Below the pieces are notes generated by a model, which was given only the letters and a program-made list of their open reading frames with translations, ran no database searches and had not been told where the DNA came from. Position numbers and translations under genes: made by a program. From a virus (lineage: Duplodnaviria; Heunggongvirae; Uroviricota; Caudoviricetes), in IMG/VR virus record IMGVR_UViG_2565956720_000007, positions 1-29,466 of that record: a stretch of 29,466 nucleotides of DNA; one strand, given 5' to 3'. Shown one piece after another: positions 26,559 to 29,466 of the stretch (the stretch's first letter is position 1; each line of letters starts with the position of its first letter).

Positions 26559-26914
26559 CGCTTTATAGCGGGATGAACAATACCAGCGGCAAAGTCATTA
26601 CTGATATTGATCATCTGCGCCAGTCGGTGCGGGACATTCTGCTGACACCGCAGGGTAGCCGTATTGCCCGCCGGGAATATGGTTCCCTGCTGTCGGCACT
26701 GATAGATCAGCCACAAAATCCGGCATTACGCCTGCAGGTCATGTCGGCAGTGTATGTGGCGCTGAGTCGCTGGGAGCCACGGCTGACGCTGGATTCCATC
26801 ACCATCAACAGCAATTTTGACGGTTCAATGGTGGTGGAGCTGACCGGGCGGCGGAATAACGGTGTGCCTGTGTCCCTTTCCGTATCAACAGGAGCAGAGA
26901 ATGGCAGTGATTGA
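26555..26914 (+). CDS. W: Baseplate wedge protein (P2 gpW, gp25-like)
   Basis: 119 aa; ITDIDHLRQSVRDILLTPQGSRIARREYGSLL matches recalled P2 W. Confidence 0.9.
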   Translation: MTLYSGMNNTSGKVITDIDHLRQSVRDILLTPQGSRIARREYGSLLSALIDQPQNPALRLQVMSAVYVALSRWEPRLTLDSITINSNFDGSMVVELTGRRNNGVPVSLSVSTGAENGSD

Positions 26915-27809
26915 CCTTTCGCAGTTGCCTGCACCGCAGATTGTGGATGTGCCGGACTTTGAGACGCTGCTTGCCGAACGCAAGGCAGAATTTGTGGCGC
27001 TTCATCCGAAAGATGAGCAGGAAGCAGTGAGCCGCACGCTGGAACTGGAATCTGAACCCGCCACTAAATTGTTGCAGGAGAACGCTTACCGTGAGTTGCT
27101 TCTGCGCCAGCGCATTAACGAAGCCGCGCAGGCGGTGATGGTGGCTTACGCGATGGGCGGCGATCTTGACCAGCTCGCTGCCAACTACAACGTGACACGC
27201 CTGACGGTGACGCCTGCTGATAATGATGCTGTGCCGCCCGTTGCAGCTGTGATGGAAAGCGATGAAGCGTTGCGCCTGCGTGTGCCTGCAGCCTTTGAAG
27301 GGCTTTCTGTTGCGGGGCCAACTGCAGCTTATGAATTTCATGCCCGAAGCGCCGACGGTCGGGTGGCGGATGCCAGTGCAACCAGCCCGGCACCTGCAGA
27401 GGTGGTGCTGACTGTCCTTAGCCGCGAAGGCGATGGAACTGCAGAAAAAGACCTGCTGGACGTGGTGGAAAAAGCTCTGAACAGTGAGAACGTCCGCCCG
27501 GTGGCTGACCGTCTTACGGTTCGCAGCGCAGAAATCATCCCGTATCGCGTGGAAGCCACCATTTTTCTCTATCCTGGACCGGAAGCAGAGCCGGTAATGG
27601 CAGCGGCAAAAGCCAGCCTGCAGAAGTACATCGCCAGTCAGACGCGTCTTGGTCGGGATATTCGCCGTAGCGCCATCTTTGCCGCCCTGCATGTTGAGGG
27701 GGTGCAGCGTGTGGAGCTGGCTTCTCCTCTGGCGGATGTGGTCCTGAACAAAACACAGGCGGCATCATGTACGCAGTGGAGCGTAACCAACGGAGGAACG
27801 GATGAATAG
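26901..27809 (+). CDS. J: Baseplate protein (P2 gpJ homolog)
   Basis: 302 aa from ATG 26901 (aggag RBS), identical length to P2 J; near-collinear identity (MAVIDLSQLPAPQIVDVPDFETLLAERKA...). Confidence 0.95.
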   Translation: MAVIDLSQLPAPQIVDVPDFETLLAERKAEFVALHPKDEQEAVSRTLELESEPATKLLQENAYRELLLRQRINEAAQAVMVAYAMGGDLDQLAANYNVTRLTVTPADNDAVPPVAAVMESDEALRLRVPAAFEGLSVAGPTAAYEFHARSADGRVADASATSPAPAEVVLTVLSREGDGTAEKDLLDVVEKALNSENVRPVADRLTVRSAEIIPYRVEATIFLYPGPEAEPVMAAAKASLQKYIASQTRLGRDIRRSAIFAALHVEGVQRVELASPLADVVLNKTQAASCTQWSVTNGGTDE

Positions 27810-28407
27810 TCTGCTGCCACCGGGTTCAACACCACTGGAGCGCCGACTGGCGCAAACCTGCAGCGGGATTTCTGATCTGCAGGTGCCGCTTCGTGATTTG
27901 TGGAATCCGGCAACCTGTCCGGTCAGCTTCCTGCCTTATCTCGCCTGGGCGTTCTCTGTGGATCGCTGGGACGAGGGCTGGACAGAAAGCGTCAAGCGCC
28001 AGGTGGTGAAGGATGCTTTTTATATTCATCAGCATAAAGGGACCACCAGTGCCGTGCGGCGGGTGGTGGAGCCGTTCGGATTCCTGATCCGCATTATTGA
28101 GTGGTGGCAGACCGGAGAAACACCGGGCACGTTTCGCCTGGATATCGGCGTGCAGGACCAGGGCATCACTGAAGATACCTATCTGGAACTTGAGCGACTG
28201 ATAAGCGATGCCAAACCATGTAGCCGCCACATGATCGGCATGTCCATCAATCTGCAGACCAGCGGCCCGCATTGGGTGGGAGCCGCCAGCTATCTTGGCG
28301 AAGAAATCACGATCTATCCGTATATCAACGAAACGATTATTTCCGGTGGCACCGCGCATGAAGGCGGGGCGGTCCATGTTATTGACACAATGAGAGTGAA
28401 TCCATGA
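27802..28407 (+). CDS. I: Baseplate/tail formation protein (P2 gpI homolog)
   Basis: 201 aa; LWNPATCPVSFLPYLAWAFSVDRWDEGW matches recalled P2 I. Confidence 0.9.
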   Translation: MNSLLPPGSTPLERRLAQTCSGISDLQVPLRDLWNPATCPVSFLPYLAWAFSVDRWDEGWTESVKRQVVKDAFYIHQHKGTTSAVRRVVEPFGFLIRIIEWWQTGETPGTFRLDIGVQDQGITEDTYLELERLISDAKPCSRHMIGMSINLQTSGPHWVGAASYLGEEITIYPYINETIISGGTAHEGGAVHVIDTMRVNP

Positions 28408-29466
28408 GCACAAAATTTTATACCCTGCTGACGGATATTGGCGCGGCGAAACTTGCCAGCGCCGCCGCGCTCGGTGTGCCGCTAAAAATTACCCATATGG
28501 CGGTGGGCGATGGCGGTGGAGTATTGCCAACGCCGGACGCAAAGCAGACGGCACTGGTAAATGAGAAACGCCGGGCTGCGCTGAATATGCTTTATATCGA
28601 CCCGCAGAACAGCAGCCAGATTATTGCCGAACAGGTGATCCCTGAAAACGAGGGCGGTTGGTGGATACGTGAAGTGGGCCTGTTTGATGAGTCAGGGGCA
28701 TTGATTGCCGTGGGCAACTGCCCGGAAAGCTATAAGCCGCAACTGGCTGAAGGTAGCGGGCGCACTCAGACCGTGCGCATGGTGCTGATTACCAGCAGCA
28801 CGGACAATATCACCCTGAAAATCGACCCTGCTGTAGTGCTGGCAACCCGCAAGTATGTGGATGACAAGGCACTGGAGCTGAAGGTGTACGCGGATGATCA
28901 GATGGCAAAACATCTTGCCGCACCGGACCCGCATTCACAGTACGCGCCAAAAGCCAGCCCGACATTTACCGGAACCCCCAAAGCGCCAACGCCAGCGGCG
29001 GGGAATAATACCACGCAGGTTGCGACCACCGCGTTTGTTCAGGTGGCACTCACGGCCCTTATTAATGGTGCGCCAGCCACGCTGGACACGCTGAAAGAAA
29101 TAGCCGCAGCCATTAACAATGATCCGAATTTCAGTACCACCATTAACAATGCGCTGGCACAAAAAGCGCCGCTGTCGAGTCCGGCACTCACCGGAACTCC
29201 AACAGCACCTACTGCGGCACAGTCGGTCAACAATACACAGATTGCCACTACAGCTTTTGTGAAATCAGCGATTGCAGCAATGGTGGGGTCTGCACCCGCG
29301 GCACTGGATACACTGAACGAACTGGCGGCGGCACTGGGGAATGATCCGAACTTTGCCACGACAATGCTTAATGCGCTGGCAGGTAAACAACCGCTGGACA
29401 ATACGCTTACCAATTTGAGTGGAAAGGATGTAGCTGGTCTTCTCGCATACCTTGGTTTGGGAGAAG
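28404..29466 (+). CDS. H: Tail fibre protein (P2 gpH homolog), 5' partial, runs off window end
   Basis: ATG 28404 overlapping I stop; N-terminus MSTKFYTLLTDIGAAKLASAAALGVPLKITHMAVGDGGG like P2 H; contains tandem protein repeats; no stop before window end. Confidence 0.9.
   Translation, partial: MSTKFYTLLTDIGAAKLASAAALGVPLKITHMAVGDGGGVLPTPDAKQTALVNEKRRAALNMLYIDPQNSSQIIAEQVIPENEGGWWIREVGLFDESGALIAVGNCPESYKPQLAEGSGRTQTVRMVLITSSTDNITLKIDPAVVLATRKYVDDKALELKVYADDQMAKHLAAPDPHSQYAPKASPTFTGTPKAPTPAAGNNTTQVATTAFVQVALTALINGAPATLDTLKEIAAAINNDPNFSTTINNALAQKAPLSSPALTGTPTAPTAAQSVNNTQIATTAFVKSAIAAMVGSAPAALDTLNELAAALGNDPNFATTMLNALAGKQPLDNTLTNLSGKDVAGLLAYLGLGE

Larger units (their letters stand above)
7297..29466. 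mobile_element. P2/186-like prophage, integrase end through tail fibre gene H (continues right of window)
   Basis: Collinear set of P2-family homologs in prophage order: int, cI, apl, cII, A, (cos), Q, P, O, N, M, L, X, lysis genes, R, S, V, W, J, I, H; the prophage int end abuts the ssrA att core. Confidence 0.9.

Noticed and set aside
26805-27692. 295-aa minus-strand ORF
   Set aside because: Antisense to the strongly conserved baseplate gene J; Cys/Arg/His-rich composition typical of shadow ORFs.
29039-29413. 124-aa Ala/Ser-rich minus-strand ORF
   Set aside because: Antisense to the repeat region of tail fibre H; composition reflects the repeats.
1-29466. CRISPR arrays, rRNA or tRNA genes
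   Set aside because: No regularly spaced short direct repeats and no tRNA-like cloverleaf sequence other than the ssrA 3' fragment were seen.

Overview
The window is a mosaic of two integrative elements abutting a 45-nt fragment of the tmRNA gene ssrA. Left part (1-7296, AT-rich): the end of a genomic island with a P4-family tyrosine integrase (5901-7130, minus) lying just downstream of the ssrA 3' fragment, and cargo comprising a minus-strand operon of a large serine recombinase plus two paralogous ParB-like proteins (2283-5618) and a fragment of a type ISP-like helicase/methylase C-terminal domain (68-1048). Right part (7297 to window end): a P2/186-like prophage read from its integrase end: int, 186-type cI, apl/cox, cII, small early genes, TraR-like zinc finger, ASCH-like protein, Dam-like methylase, rolling-circle initiator A, a LexA-box-controlled Tum/DinI-like module, a cos-like site, then portal Q, terminase P, scaffold O, capsid N, M, L, X, a lysis cassette, tail/baseplate genes R, S, V, W, J, I and the start of tail fibre H. 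The strongest candidate for an undescribed system is a two-gene cassette between the cos-like site and the portal gene (15805-17117): a histidine-kinase-like (GHKL) ATPase with an unknown N-terminal domain, overlapping a small STAS-like protein. The second candidate is the serine recombinase-ParB-ParB operon with a composite palindrome in its upstream region. All calls are from reading the sequence and recalled family motifs; no database search was run.
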